Shown here: positions 1 through 10,270 of the stretch, in pieces
How the letters are laid out: the number at the start of each line of letters is the position of its first letter
Numbering within the stretch: the first letter of the stretch is position 1
Assembly (NCBI RefSeq): GCF_963921235.1
Contig: NC_086106.1
Coordinates: 21,328,001 to 21,392,000, forward strand
Reading direction: 5' to 3'
DNA: 64,000 nt
Source of the DNA: Mobula hypostoma
Lineage: Eukaryota
Position numbers and translations under genes: made by a program
Notes under the pieces: generated by a model
Seen by the model: the letters and a program-made list of their open reading frames with translations, nothing else
What the model was told of the DNA's origin: nothing
Database searches by the model: none

Positions 1-202
1 ACAGAGTTGCGCTGCCTTTACTTGAATTGTACACTTCCAAAGAAGAGCTCATGGCTGGCCATCCAAACGCGTTATTTTTTTCTTTCAATCTTATAGCTTC
101 TATCTACGTAATCTCAAACAAGCTTGATATATTCAACAAAACTACCCTTGAACGCACTTCGATGAAACTGCATTTTTAAATTTCGTCAGTTCACTTATTT
201 AC

Positions 203-257
203 TGACTGTAACAGTGACCGTGGTCCCGGTTCCACCTCGATAGCTGGTGTAGTAATT
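203..257 (-). CDS. NAR-TCR J segment, cassette B1 (NYYTSYRGGTGTTVTVTV)
   Basis: G-T-G-T-T-V-T-V J motif; GTAAAT donor at 202-197; RSS with heptamer CACCGTG (258-264), 23-nt spacer and nonamer ACACAAATC (288-296). Confidence 0.85.
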
Positions 258-627
258 CACCGTGATCCGACACTCAGTCTCACTGGTACACAAATCATCC
301 TCAGCTCAGTCTTATCAGTAGCCGACATTGGACTGTGTACAACTATTGCAGACTTTTTCAAAAATGAACAACAGCATGCAGTGTTCCAGAAACCCCTGTG
401 AAACTACCTGTGAAAAAGACAACAATAAGATGACCGTTTCATACATTCCGAATGTCAGTTTCCTAAACTTCATCAAATGTGAAAGAAAAAATCCTGAAAG
501 GTGCAAAGTACAATGGAATTCACACGATCGCAGCGTTAAAATAATCCCACATATGATTCTATTTCCTGACTCCAGAATATATACTCATTCGGTGTTGAAA
601 GTTTTTGTTCGATTATTCTTCTTTGTG

Positions 628-641
628 CATATTCCCAAATC
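628..641 (-). other. NAR-TCR D segment, cassette B1 (GATTTGGGAATATG), 12-RSS on both sides
   Basis: On + strand: AGTTTTTGT (600-608), 12 nt, CTTTGTG (621-627), 14-nt core, CACAGTG (642-648), 12 nt, weak nonamer TTCAAATCT. Lies between J and V. Confidence 0.75.
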
Positions 642-1017
642 CACAGTGTTTCATGTCAGGTTCAAATCTCTGAATGGACTGAGCTGGAGGTAACAGCTTC
701 CCAACTACTATTCCTGCTTCCGTCCTGTTGGAGCAGGGTAACATCTGAAGTAACGGTTTGGGAAGGAGAAAACTCATTATCACTTGTTGTTCGCTATAAA
801 CAGAATTGTGAAAGGCAGTTTTGTATATGCAAATTCAGAAGAGAAGAGAAAGAGTATGAACAGCAAACTTCATGTCCCATTGCAAAATATACTGTACGGA
901 ACGCAGGGGAAATGCCTCGTTTAATTACGGACAGATTAACTCTGTTCCTTAAGCTGTTGATGGGATAAATGGCAGCGAGTATTTGAGCACAGCAGGAATC
1001 GCTTTCCAAGCTCTGTG

Positions 1018-1303
1018 CATATTCAGGTTTATATTCAAATTTACAGAAATAGGTGGCGCTGCCCTTAATTCCAAGATTAAAACATTTTAAGGATAATTAT
1101 GCTTTATTTTCCGTTTTAATAAATCTTCCTCCTGTGTAGATACGCTGCCCGTCCGTTCCTGGCTGCGACTGTTTGAAGAACTGTCCGTTTATAAATTAAT
1201 CGCTTGATGATTTTTTTACGGAACGTGCATTTGATGGTGAAAGACAAGCATTATATCTTCACCACCGCTGTCGGACTCTGGATGACTGATTGATCGAAGA
1301 AGA
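1018..1303 (-). pseudogene. NAR-TCR V exon, cassette B1 (pseudogene)
   Basis: Reads ..QSVIQSPTAVVKI*CLSFTIKC..GQFFKQ..TGGRF..SATYFCKFEYKPEY. TAA at 1251-1253, +1 frameshift in a 7-A run in CDR1, further TAA stops. RSS heptamer CACAGAG (1011-1017) with 23-nt spacer. Confidence 0.85.
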
Positions 1304-1449
1304 CTGGAAATTAAGAAATGCAGAAGGGAAGCGTCATCAGCTGTGAAATTCGCAGGACGACTAATACTATAACTTCAAGAAATACCTAATCTACCTGTTC
1401 AGTATTATAACTAACCCGCATACTGCAGAAATTTGCCTACGGTATTCAC

Positions 1450-1492
1450 GCCGAAAGCAGATGCAGAGAATGACATTCACGAGGATGTTCAT
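1450..1492 (-). CDS. Leader exon of NAR V B1 (MNILVNVILCICFR)
   Basis: 43-nt ATG-initiated hydrophobic exon, phase-1 GTGAAT donor, same position and length as the leader in the other cassettes. Confidence 0.75.
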
Positions 1493-1779
1493 CGTTTCGT
1501 CTCCGGGTGTAAGATGGTTTATATGACGGAGAGCTAGACTGCTGTGTTACGTTATTCCTCAGAACAGGACAGAGACACTTCTGACGCTTACTGTTCTAGA
1601 TTTATCCAATTGCTGCGCACATTCCGAATTACCTTCTTGCGAGAAAACGTATGGTTTATTGAACAATAGCTATGGTTCTGTTTCCACTCAAGCTTTTTGG
1701 AACTGATGAGAAAGGTCCTCCATGACAGTTTTAACGTCAATACAAGTAATTCATCATCTTTTTGGATAAATATGAAAAG

Positions 1780-2040
1780 ACCAGGCATCTGCGAAAAGGA
1801 AATAACAACATTGAAACGTGCCAGTGTGAAAACATATCTGATCAAGATAACTCAGTGTCACTAGGTTTATAAATATATCATCAGCCAGATCCGCATGTTT
1901 TCAGGGATGGAGTAAAGGTGATAGAGAACAGTGGGAAAGGTGTAGAACAAGTGAGTTTTATGGAACTGTGGAAGCTGGAGGCAATGTTAATGTAATTTAC
2001 GAGGTCAAAAAGGGTACATGTATTATGCCAGTAGTTACCA
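1780..2040 (-). mobile_element. Old Penelope-like RT remnant upstream of leader B1
   Basis: Homologous by eye to 7190-7510, which translates to a YMDD-containing RT fragment. Confidence 0.5.
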
Positions 2041-2139
2041 GATGTGGCTATTCTTTTTAACCCCTTCAGAGGCAACGGTTGAATAAACAGGTCACAGGGT
2101 ACAAGGTATTTAATTCGGATAAGAACAAAGAACAGATTT

Positions 2140-3430
2140 ACTAAGTTGATTTTCTGAGTCTGCTCCGCTATTCAATCATGGCTGATCCATTCTTTTCCCT
2201 CCTATACCCCATTTTCCGGCATTCTCCAGTAATCGGTGATGTTATGTCTAATCCAAAACCTATCAATCTCTCTCTGAAATGCACCCAGCGACCTGAAAAA
2301 GACGGCTACATGTTGAAATAACTTGCACATATCACCACCCACTGGCAAAGTAAATTCCTGCGCATCTGTTTGTTTGTTTTTTTTTTGAATGGCCGCCCCT
2401 CTATCCTAAGGCTGTCCACCAATGGAAACATCCTTTCCACATCTACTTTGACAAGGACTTTCAACATTCGGAAGTTTTGAATGAGATCCCCTGCATCCTT
2501 TTAAAACCCAGAGAGTACAGACCCTCAGCCATCAGAAAAATGATAAAGAAAATCCCAGTATGTTAACCGTTCCATTCCTGGAATCACCAATGTGAACCGA
2601 CTGTGGACCATCTTCAATAGCAGCACACATTTTCTAAAATGAGCAACCCAAAATAGTTCACAATACGCCAGATGAGAACTCACTAGTGCCTCATAAATTC
2701 TCAGCATCACATTCCTGCAATTCCATTCTGGCCCTCTGAAATGAATGCCAACATTACAGTTGCCTTTTTAACCACCGAATCAGCCTACAAGTTAACATTC
2801 AGCTGGTTCTGCATACAGACTCCTAAGTATTTCTGCATCTCAGAGTTTTGGATTTTTCCCCGTTTAGAAACTGCTCCATTTATTATTCCATTTGCCACTT
2901 TCCTGCAGATTTTCCTCATCAGTCTGAGTCCTTCTGCATCCGACCTGTTTCCGCAACACTTACTGCCTCTGCAATTATGTTTATATCTTCTGCAAACCTG
3001 ACCAAAAAGGTAACTATTTTATATTCAAAATCATGTATATACAAGATAAACAGAACTGGTCCCAAAACCTATCCATGCGGAAAACCGCCAGTCCTGGCAC
3101 GCAAACTGACAAAGATACATTATTACCATTCCCCGCCCCCTTCCAATCAACCAATGCTCTAACCTTCTTGTAATACAACAAGCACTTAACTTGGTAAGCA
3201 GGCTCGTGTTGGCACCTTTTCAACGGCCTTCTGAACAGTCCTCATATGCAACATCTACTGCACCCCCTTTATCTATCTTACTTGTAATCCCCTCAATGCA
3301 TTACAACAGGTTTGACAGGCAAGGTTTTCCCGTAAGGGAACCAGACTGACTTTGTAATATCTTCTCACGTGTCACAAATTGCTCCATCGCCTCAGACTGT
3401 TCAACTGACTCTAACATCTTCCCAATCACT
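2140..3430 (-). mobile_element. Degenerate CR1 LINE fragment (ORF2 3' part and 3' UTR)
   Basis: ORF-track 2525-2710 'IYEALVSSHLAYCELFW' resembles the CR1 RT C-terminal motif LY+ALVRPHLEYCVQFW. Paralogous copies at ~21340-22500 and ~47430-49600. Ends approximate. Confidence 0.7.
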
Positions 3431-3439
3431 AAATAGACC

Positions 3440-3720
3440 ATTAGGCTGGACTATTGTTGGACACTAGCACGTGTGGCATAAAATATTGAGTACAACATCA
3501 TCTGCAAAACGTTTAAATTCAGTAGAACTACTCAAAGTGTCAGCATTATTATGCAATTAAACCTGTTAAATTCAATAAATGAGATTTAATGTTAATCGAA
3601 ATTCTTACGGGATACAGCAAATCCGAAATTATTTCTGTGTTCAGCATGATATTGTCTGTCATAATCTCTTTTTTTTCAGGAAGCAAAAAGTTTGAAAAAT
3701 AAAATCTATATTTATTTATA
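3440..3720 (+). mobile_element. 3' remnant of the Chapaev3-like DNA transposon
   Basis: Aligns by eye to 24150-24420 (GGACTATTGTTGGACA..ATCTGCAAAAC..). Most of the element is deleted in this copy. Confidence 0.55.
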
Positions 3721-4110
3721 TATATAAATATATAGTCCAATGAGCTACTACCAGAATGTGTAAGTATGACTTCCGCTGTCTGAATGTGAATGAATGAGCC
3801 TGGAGTCATAACGTCCGGTCCGTTTTTGTGCTGGTCTCAATAAAGCCATTATCTGAAGCATATGTATAAAGTTCTTCTTGCTTGTCATCATGGGCCGCAT
3901 ATTCGCGATAATATATTTGTTGCGGTGGCGGCTGACAGGAGACTGTTTTGGAACTGAAAGTTCTTAGAAGTGTATTCATGTAATTAGCAGTGAGTTGCCC
4001 CGTTGGCTGATGTTGAGGACGGAACGTTAGAATTTAACATCTGCGTCATTTCGAATATGACAGATTAGTGCAGGATTTTCAGAATCTTCTCTGCGGTCTT
4101 TGTGCTCGTA

Positions 4111-4149
4111 CATTTTTGTACTACTCCTCTCATATTTTGAAACACTGTG
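4111..4149 (-). other. Second (tandem) 23-RSS downstream of supporting V A1
   Basis: CACAGTG (4149-4143), exactly 23 nt, ACAAAAATG (4119-4111). Confidence 0.7.
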
Positions 4150-4165
4150 TAATCCACAACATTGA

Positions 4166-4204
4166 GGTTTTTGTGCATCTCGCTTCCTCATGTCTATCAC
4201 TGTG
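4166..4204 (-). other. 23-RSS of supporting V A1
   Basis: Consensus CACAGTG (4204-4198), 23 nt, ACAAAAACC (4174-4166). Confidence 0.95.
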
Positions 4205-4510
4205 CCCTTCGGCGACTGATGGCACATTGGTACAAGGCCGAGTCTCTCACTTGCAGTTTCGAGATCTTTAACATGCTGATTTTATTTTCCCGATCGACAG
4301 AACCGAAGAATTGTCCTTCGGCAGCATTTTGCTGCTCCTGATCCCCAGCGGTATGCGTCTGGAGCGTAAATTCTGGAGGCTCTGCTTTTAGCTGCCGGTA
4401 CCAATGTATCGTGTATGGACAAAACCCGGAATATTCGCACTTTACTGTGACGACGTCATCAGGATAAGAATATTGTAGAGGAGGACTCTTGGCCACGAGG
4501 GATATAGGAT
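4205..4510 (-). CDS. Leaderless 'supporting' TCR-delta V exon of NAR-TCR cassette A1 (intact)
   Basis: Open 306-nt exon after a TTCAG acceptor: (D)PISLVAKSPP..VKC EYSGFCPYTIH WYRQ..DSALYQC AISRRR. Both canonical Cys and Trp present, extra CDR1 Cys, no leader exon recognised in the J-V intron, consensus 23-RSS. Confidence 0.9.
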
Positions 4511-5660
4511 CTGAAGGAATTTAAAAGAGGCATCACAATTACTATACTATCGTTACTGGTTTGGCCACGCATAGGAATAGGTGAAGGATCCATACCGACT
4601 GGTTTCGTTCACAATATGTCCAAAATGTTTTTCGTGCACTTGGGAATTATTCCAGCGACTTTCTGCGCAAGAGAAATATTTGCTATATGGCGCAGGAGGA
4701 GAATGGAAATTAATAGGACAAGTGGACTGACTGCATGGAAATGCTGGGGTATGTGAAACCATGGGAATTAATTTAAAAAAAATGTAGAACATTTGTGAAA
4801 TATTCTCAGAGAGCCAACATCCAACTATTTGGAGGATCTACCTATTCCATTGTGAACACTTCTACTTTTTTCTTTCTTTCATGTTTGTAACTGAAAGGCG
4901 ATTAGCAATTCTAACATATTGGGTGTGTTGCTTAGGTTTCCAGCATCAGCGGATTTCCGATTTTATTCGCTTTCGCTGTGTCAACTCATCCTCAATTTCT
5001 TTTTTACAGACCGGGCAGTTTCCATATGTTTTTTCTTTCTTTTTTTTCTTCTTTTTTTTTCTTCTTTTCCAATTCTGCTTGTTCTACTTTTGCTGCATAA
5101 AGTATATATGCTGTAAGCTTAAAATGTTCTCACACAGTCTGACAGATTTCGCTTGCATTTCAGTTTACATTTAGGCGTCAGACTCAGTTGTAACTTAGCG
5201 TCTCCCCTCACTAATTACATCGGCAGCATGTGCTTGATATAAAAAAAGAGAAAAAATCCTTAATCTCCCTATATGCAGCTTCTGAGGATCTATACTAAAA
5301 CGATCACTGACCGAAGGACACCCCTGAGAAGTTCCATCAACTTGATCGCCCTAGGTGCTGACCCAAGAGCAGTATTGCTCCGCTGCCCCTAAAACAGCTA
5401 AGACAAAATAAATACACGCTCTGTATATGGGAATGATCCGCTGCGTCTCATTTCGCACTGCCTAGTTACAGTTATGCCCTGTTTTTACTTCTATGTTACC
5501 GTTCCTAAGACGAAGGTATGACTGGCAATCTAAGCATATTATTTTGCATCAAACCCAACATAGCTTCTGTAACAGAAATATCAATCAAAGTTGAAATTTT
5601 CAGCTAAACTGCTCTAACATGCACATTCAAAAGGAAGCTTCATAAAGTTGAAAAACTTAC

Positions 5661-5718
5661 CGACTGTGACAGTGACTGTAGACCCGGTTCCATCTTCATA
5701 GTAAGTACCCCAGTAACA
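5661..5718 (-). CDS. NAR-TCR J segment, cassette A1 (CYWGTYYEDGTGSTVTVTV)
   Basis: GTAAG donor at 5660-5656. RSS: CACCGTG (5719-5725), 23 nt, ACAAGAATC (5749-5757). Phase-1 end joins the supporting V in frame (G|AT = Asp). Confidence 0.88.
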
Positions 5719-6086
5719 CACCGTGATCCGGCTCTTAATCTCACTGGTACAAGAATCATCCTCAACTCAGTCTATTCAGCAGCAATCAATGGAGGGCGTT
5801 GAAACATTCCAGACTTTTTAAACAAAAACAACTGCATTCAGTGTTTCACAAACACAGATGAAGCCGGCCATGAGAGTTAATCTCTAAAAAATGACCTCAT
5901 CTTAGTTTCCGTACGCCGGTTCTCTAACCTGCAGCAAATATCAAAAACTTCCCTGAAAGAGGCAAAAGACTATGGAATTCAGCTGATAACTGTGCGAATG
6001 TAATGTGACATATGATTCTATTCCCCTACTCCAGAATATATAATTTAAAGGGGGCAAAAGTTTTTGTTCGATTATCTTCCGTTGTG

Positions 6087-6100
6087 TGCATTCCAAAATC
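6087..6100 (-). other. NAR-TCR D segment, cassette A1 (GATTTTGGAATGCA), 12-RSS on both sides
   Basis: On + strand: AGTTTTTGT (6059-6067), 12 nt, CGTTGTG (6080-6086), core, CACACTG (6101-6107), 12-13 nt, weak nonamer. Core is open in all three frames (DFGM / ILEC / FWNA). Confidence 0.78.
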
Positions 6101-6477
6101 CACACTGTTTCATGTCAAGTTCAAATTGCAGGAAACTGTTGGGCAGGAGAAAACATCTTCCCAGCTGCTATTCCAGCTTTCATGCTGTTGGAGCAGGGTC
6201 CCATGTGAAGTAGGAGATTGGAAAGTGGAAGACACATTCTCACTTGCTGTTCACTGCACAGTTCCTGGGAAAGGTGGTTTTCCAATCAAATACAGAAGAA
6301 GAAAATAACTACCGTCTGAACAGACAACAGCCAGTCCCATTGCAAACTAGACTGTATGATACGTAGACGAAGAACCTTCAGAAATTACCAGCACATGAAC
6401 TTCGCTGCTTCAGATGTGGATGGGATAATTTCCATCTCCTGTTTGAGTACGGTGGTGATCCCTTTCCAAACACTGTG

Positions 6478-6768
6478 TGTTCCATTTATATTCAGCTTTA
6501 CAAAAATAGGTGGCACTGTCGTCAACTTCAAGATTCATAATTTTCAGTGTAAATATCATTTCGGCGTTATTTTGCGCAATTATAAATCTCGTTCCTGTGG
6601 AGATCCGTGTCCATCCCGTTTTTAGCGGTGTTTGTTTGAAGAACTGTCCGGTTACAAACTCATAATATCCCGTCGAACCAGTACGAAAAGTGCATGTGAT
6701 GGTCAGAGACTGGCATTCACTTTTCGTCACAGCTGTCGGGCTCTGGGTCACGGACTGGCTGAAGAGGT
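6478..6768 (-). CDS. NAR-TCR V exon, cassette A1 (the only intact IgNAR-like V in the window)
   Basis: Open 291-nt exon: LFS-QSVTQSPTAVTKSECQSLTITC TFRTGSTGYYEFVTGQ FFKQTPLKTGWTRISTGTRF..LKIMNLEVDDSATYFC KAEYKWN. The short FR2-to-RF span means no CDR2, as in IgNAR V. RSS: CACAGTG (6477-6471), 23 nt, CTCAAACAG. Confidence 0.9.
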
Positions 6769-6914
6769 CTGGAAATTAAGAATAAGGACAAGCGGAACAG
6801 CATTAGCTGTAACACGCAATAGAGAGCTAACACGATGACTTCAGGGATTCTGCGTACACTCGTTGAGTTTCGTATTTAACTCGAATATTACGTAAATTTG
6901 TGAACAGTACTCAC

Positions 6915-6957
6915 GGTCAAAGCAGAGGCAGAGTGTGACATACAAGAGAAATTTCAT
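6915..6957 (-). CDS. Leader exon of NAR V A1 (MKFLLYVTLCLCFD)
   Basis: 43 nt, GTGAGT donor. Splices in frame to give the signal peptide MKFLLYVTLCLCFDHLFS. Confidence 0.85.
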
Positions 6958-6982
6958 CGTCTCGTCTCTGGGTGTCAGCTGG

Positions 6983-6988
6983 ATTATA
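6983..6988 (-). promoter_or_regulatory. Possible TATA-like box of the NAR V promoter
   Basis: TATAAT about 26 nt upstream of the ATG. TATAAA sits at the same offset in B cassettes (e.g. 1518-1523). Positional inference only. Confidence 0.3.
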
Positions 6989-7189
6989 CAGCCGCTAGAG
7001 AGGCTGCTGTGGCAGGTTCTTTCTCAGAACTGTGCAGAGACACCTCAGCCGGTTTCTGTTCCAGATTGATTCAATTGCTTCACTGTTTCCGAATTATCTG
7101 ATGTGGGAAAAAGCGTGAGATTTGATACACAATATCTGTGGTTCCCTTTTCACGCAATTTCCTTGCAACTGATGAGAAAGGCAGGGGTA

Positions 7190-7510
7190 TTGCGAAAAGG
7201 AAATGGCATAATCTACAGATGCCATAATCACCAAGATAACTGTGAGTGTCACTGGGTTGATAAACGTATCAGCTGTCAGTTTCCAGAGGGCTCCAGTGAT
7301 TGAGACAAAGAGATAAAGAAAGGGGAGAATGGTTTCAGAATTAGAACAGGTGATTTGATGAGCACAGTGGAAGTAGGAAGCAAAGATGATGGCATTGAAG
7401 ACATCAGCAAGGGTACGTGAAGCAGCACCAGTACAGTCGTCCATGTAGCATGAAAAAAAAAATGAGGAACGTTGAAACGCTACAAGAGAGTTTTGGAACA
7501 TGGACTGTTC
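7190..7510 (-). mobile_element. Old Penelope-like RT remnant upstream of leader A1
   Basis: ORF 7094-7513 contains CYMDDCTGAAS..FASYFH..ILPFLYLFVSITG, typical of a PLE RT. Paralogues at ~27860-28180 and ~59260-59580. Confidence 0.65.
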
Positions 7511-8331
7511 CACCTCGGTAACGAAATTACCGCCATAGCGGCGGTGGGGTTGGGGACATGCGGATTCCCACGGCTACCCAGTGGCTGTGGAAAAAGTGGG
7601 AGGATCGAAAATTAAAAAAAAAATGCTCTGCGTGAGAACCAGCTAATCAATGTTGTATAGTTTTCTTTCTCTTTCTTTGCGAGATAACATCTATAATGCA
7701 CTCAGGTTATAGTCTGGCTAATTTCGCCGAATTTTATTCTCTGCACAGTCAGCAACATTACTTGCATTATCAACAAAGCCCGCATAATTGCAACATAATT
7801 CTGAATTGATACGACAAACTGCAGACTAATTTTCAAAGAATTGTGCAAATATTGTTCTCAATATTATCATTATAATTATTATCATTAAATTTTTTTCTCA
7901 GTTTAAACTATAAAAACGTAAGGGCCAGGTACAGCCAAACAAGTCTATTTGTCAACTGCTCGGAAATTTCGAACTATTCTTGTGGTGTTTCGCATTGTGG
8001 CTTTCTGAAGACCGACATGAATACTGCTTTACTTGCTCAGTTGTTCAATAGTATAATGTAGTGACTTTGCGATTATACCAGCTGTACGTATTACTATGGG
8101 TCATTGTTCATGTTTCAAAGTTTTTAAATTTCCTACTTTATTACAGCATATTAATAATGATTTTTTTTCTCAGTTATTGATTTGGATATTGTGTGTGTTT
8201 CGAATGGCTATATCTATAATTTAAGTTGCTCTTGCCTGATTATCCCATATCATTGTATGCAGACGATTATTATGGAATGTCTTCTGTCCAATCACTGATG
8301 CGTTAGAATATATATTTGTGGTATTCTAACT

Positions 8332-8385
8332 GATTATTATTATTATTATTATTATTATCATCATCATTATTATCATCATCATCAT
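8332..8385. repeat. (ATT)n/(ATC)n microsatellite
   Basis: Directly visible. Orthologous tracts at ~29040-29070 and ~60440-60530. Confidence 0.9.
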
Positions 8386-9649
8386 CGCATCACGTTACTT
8401 CACTCCAGCCATTTCCATCGCTCAGAAGGGATTCAAAATTCTCCTCTGATCGAACCGACTATGAGGAATAATATGTGTTTTCTCACCGGGCTACAACCGA
8501 CCAATCGAAGCTAGCTCCATAGACAAGCGGCGATAGACAACAGCGCAAGATTAATGGGTAAATGATTTACTTGAATTATGAGGACTTCAAACAGGGCAGT
8601 GAGACAAGGAGGAATGGGTTCAGGAAAAGTGGAAATAATTAGTGAGTTAAAAAAATCTGAAAGAGAGAATGTTTTACTATATCGTAAAGAAGTTTAGAAA
8701 TAAAGTTAAATTTGTTATTCTTTGTCCATCCGGCATTGCTGAACGCAGGCCAAACAGGGAACACTGTAGCTCAGAGCAGATACAGAGAGCACACTTAAAC
8801 AAAATTAGCGGACTTTTTTCCTTTTTAAGAGAACTGGTACTAGCACTGGGATTGCCTCTAAGAAAATTTCTTGTGTTGCTGTACCTGTTAGACGGGCAGG
8901 CACCATAAAACCCGAAAAGACTCAGCCAGCTGTCAAAGTAGCAGCGATTGCTGCAAGTGTTACTTTTGACAGATGTCCACGTGCAAACGAGGACACTCAA
9001 GCGGTTGATGAAAGGAAGACAGCTTAACATTGTTATTGGAACTGAACACATTCATAATGCACATATATTATCAAGTAGCTGAACTTGAGACAGTGAGAGA
9101 GATACGTAAACACAGACAATAGCAAACTGATCAACAGCTTATAAACAACATATTCCTTACTGTAAGTAAATTGCATAACGAATGGTAGATCAATGTGGAC
9201 TTATTATAACATTAGACTATCGCCAAAGAAACGTTTTTACAAAAAAACACATGAAATAATATGAGAGCTAGAATGAAACCGACCTAAAGACTGCAACAAT
9301 GCTATGCAATAAAGTAATGAGATGACACCACCCGAAGTGTTCACAGACATTCAAGTACTTCAGCATTTTTTCACAACCCAACGGTAATTCCAAAACACAA
9401 AGGTAGAGCTTTCACAGAATGCTATGACGAATCTGAGCTTACACGCAAATGTAATGCAGCTAAAGCAATTAATTCAAAAAGTGAATATATATATATATAT
9501 TTACAGATGAAAACCTGATCTTTCGACGAGATAAGTGAATAATATATATAAAAAAATAAAGCGAGTGGAATATAATAAGAACTGCAGGATGCAACCGAAA
9601 TTATGAATGAAAGTGGAAGAAAGATAAGTATGTAGTTGGGTATGTGGTA

Positions 9650-10270
9650 AAGAAGGAAAATGCAATGTTGGCAATGTTTCATTTGGAATACAAAACACGA
9701 CGAAAACACAGAGCATTAATAAGACACTAGTCATGCTGCACTAAGAGTATTGTCAGCTGTTTTGGGCCCCGTACTCAGTAAATATGTGCCGTTTTATGAG
9801 AGAGACTAGAGGAGGATCAGGAATAGACATATTAGGAAGGTTTATCATATTTGCACCTATACTCATTGGGATTTAGAACAATGCGGGGCAATCTCACTGA
9901 TATCTTCCAACTGTTGAAAGGGTAGATATCGATAGGATATTTCCGACGGTGGATCTACTCGGAACTGGATAGCACAGCCTCAAAATTTAGGGGCGAAAAT
10001 TTAGAACAAAGATAAGCAGTGACCACTGAGTGGCAACAAATTAAGAAGAGAAAAAAAAAAAAACTAATGCCACAGACTGCAGTGGAAACCAAGTCGGTGC
10101 CTAAATTTACCGCTGAAGTTCATCGTTTCTGATCGGTCAAGGAATCAAAGGATATCGCCAGAAGAAAGGTGCATGGAATTGAGTGGGATGCGAGATCAGC
10201 CATGGTGGGTTGGCGGAGCAGACACGATAGACTGATTGGTCTAATTCCACTCCTATGTTTTAGGTCTTAT
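9650..10270 (+). mobile_element. Degenerate CR1 3' fragment
   Basis: AAGACACTAGTC..GAGTATTG..TTTTGGGCCCC corresponds to the KTLV..LEYC..FWAP motif, followed by CR1-type 3' UTR. Copies at ~30350-30950 and ~61650-62250. Confidence 0.6.

Noticed and set aside
4150-4165. Possible mini-D segment between the two tandem RSSs (TGTTGTG as a 5' heptamer)
   Set aside because: No nonamer at 12 or 23 nt, only 16 nt available, and the motif is mutated in A2 and A3.
4511-5660. A leader exon for the supporting V inside the J-V intron (ORFs 4553-4792, 25229-25459, 56648-56866)
   Set aside because: The peptides are not signal-like, starts are not conserved and no in-phase donor was found. The hydrophobic plus-strand ORFs derive from T-rich tracts.
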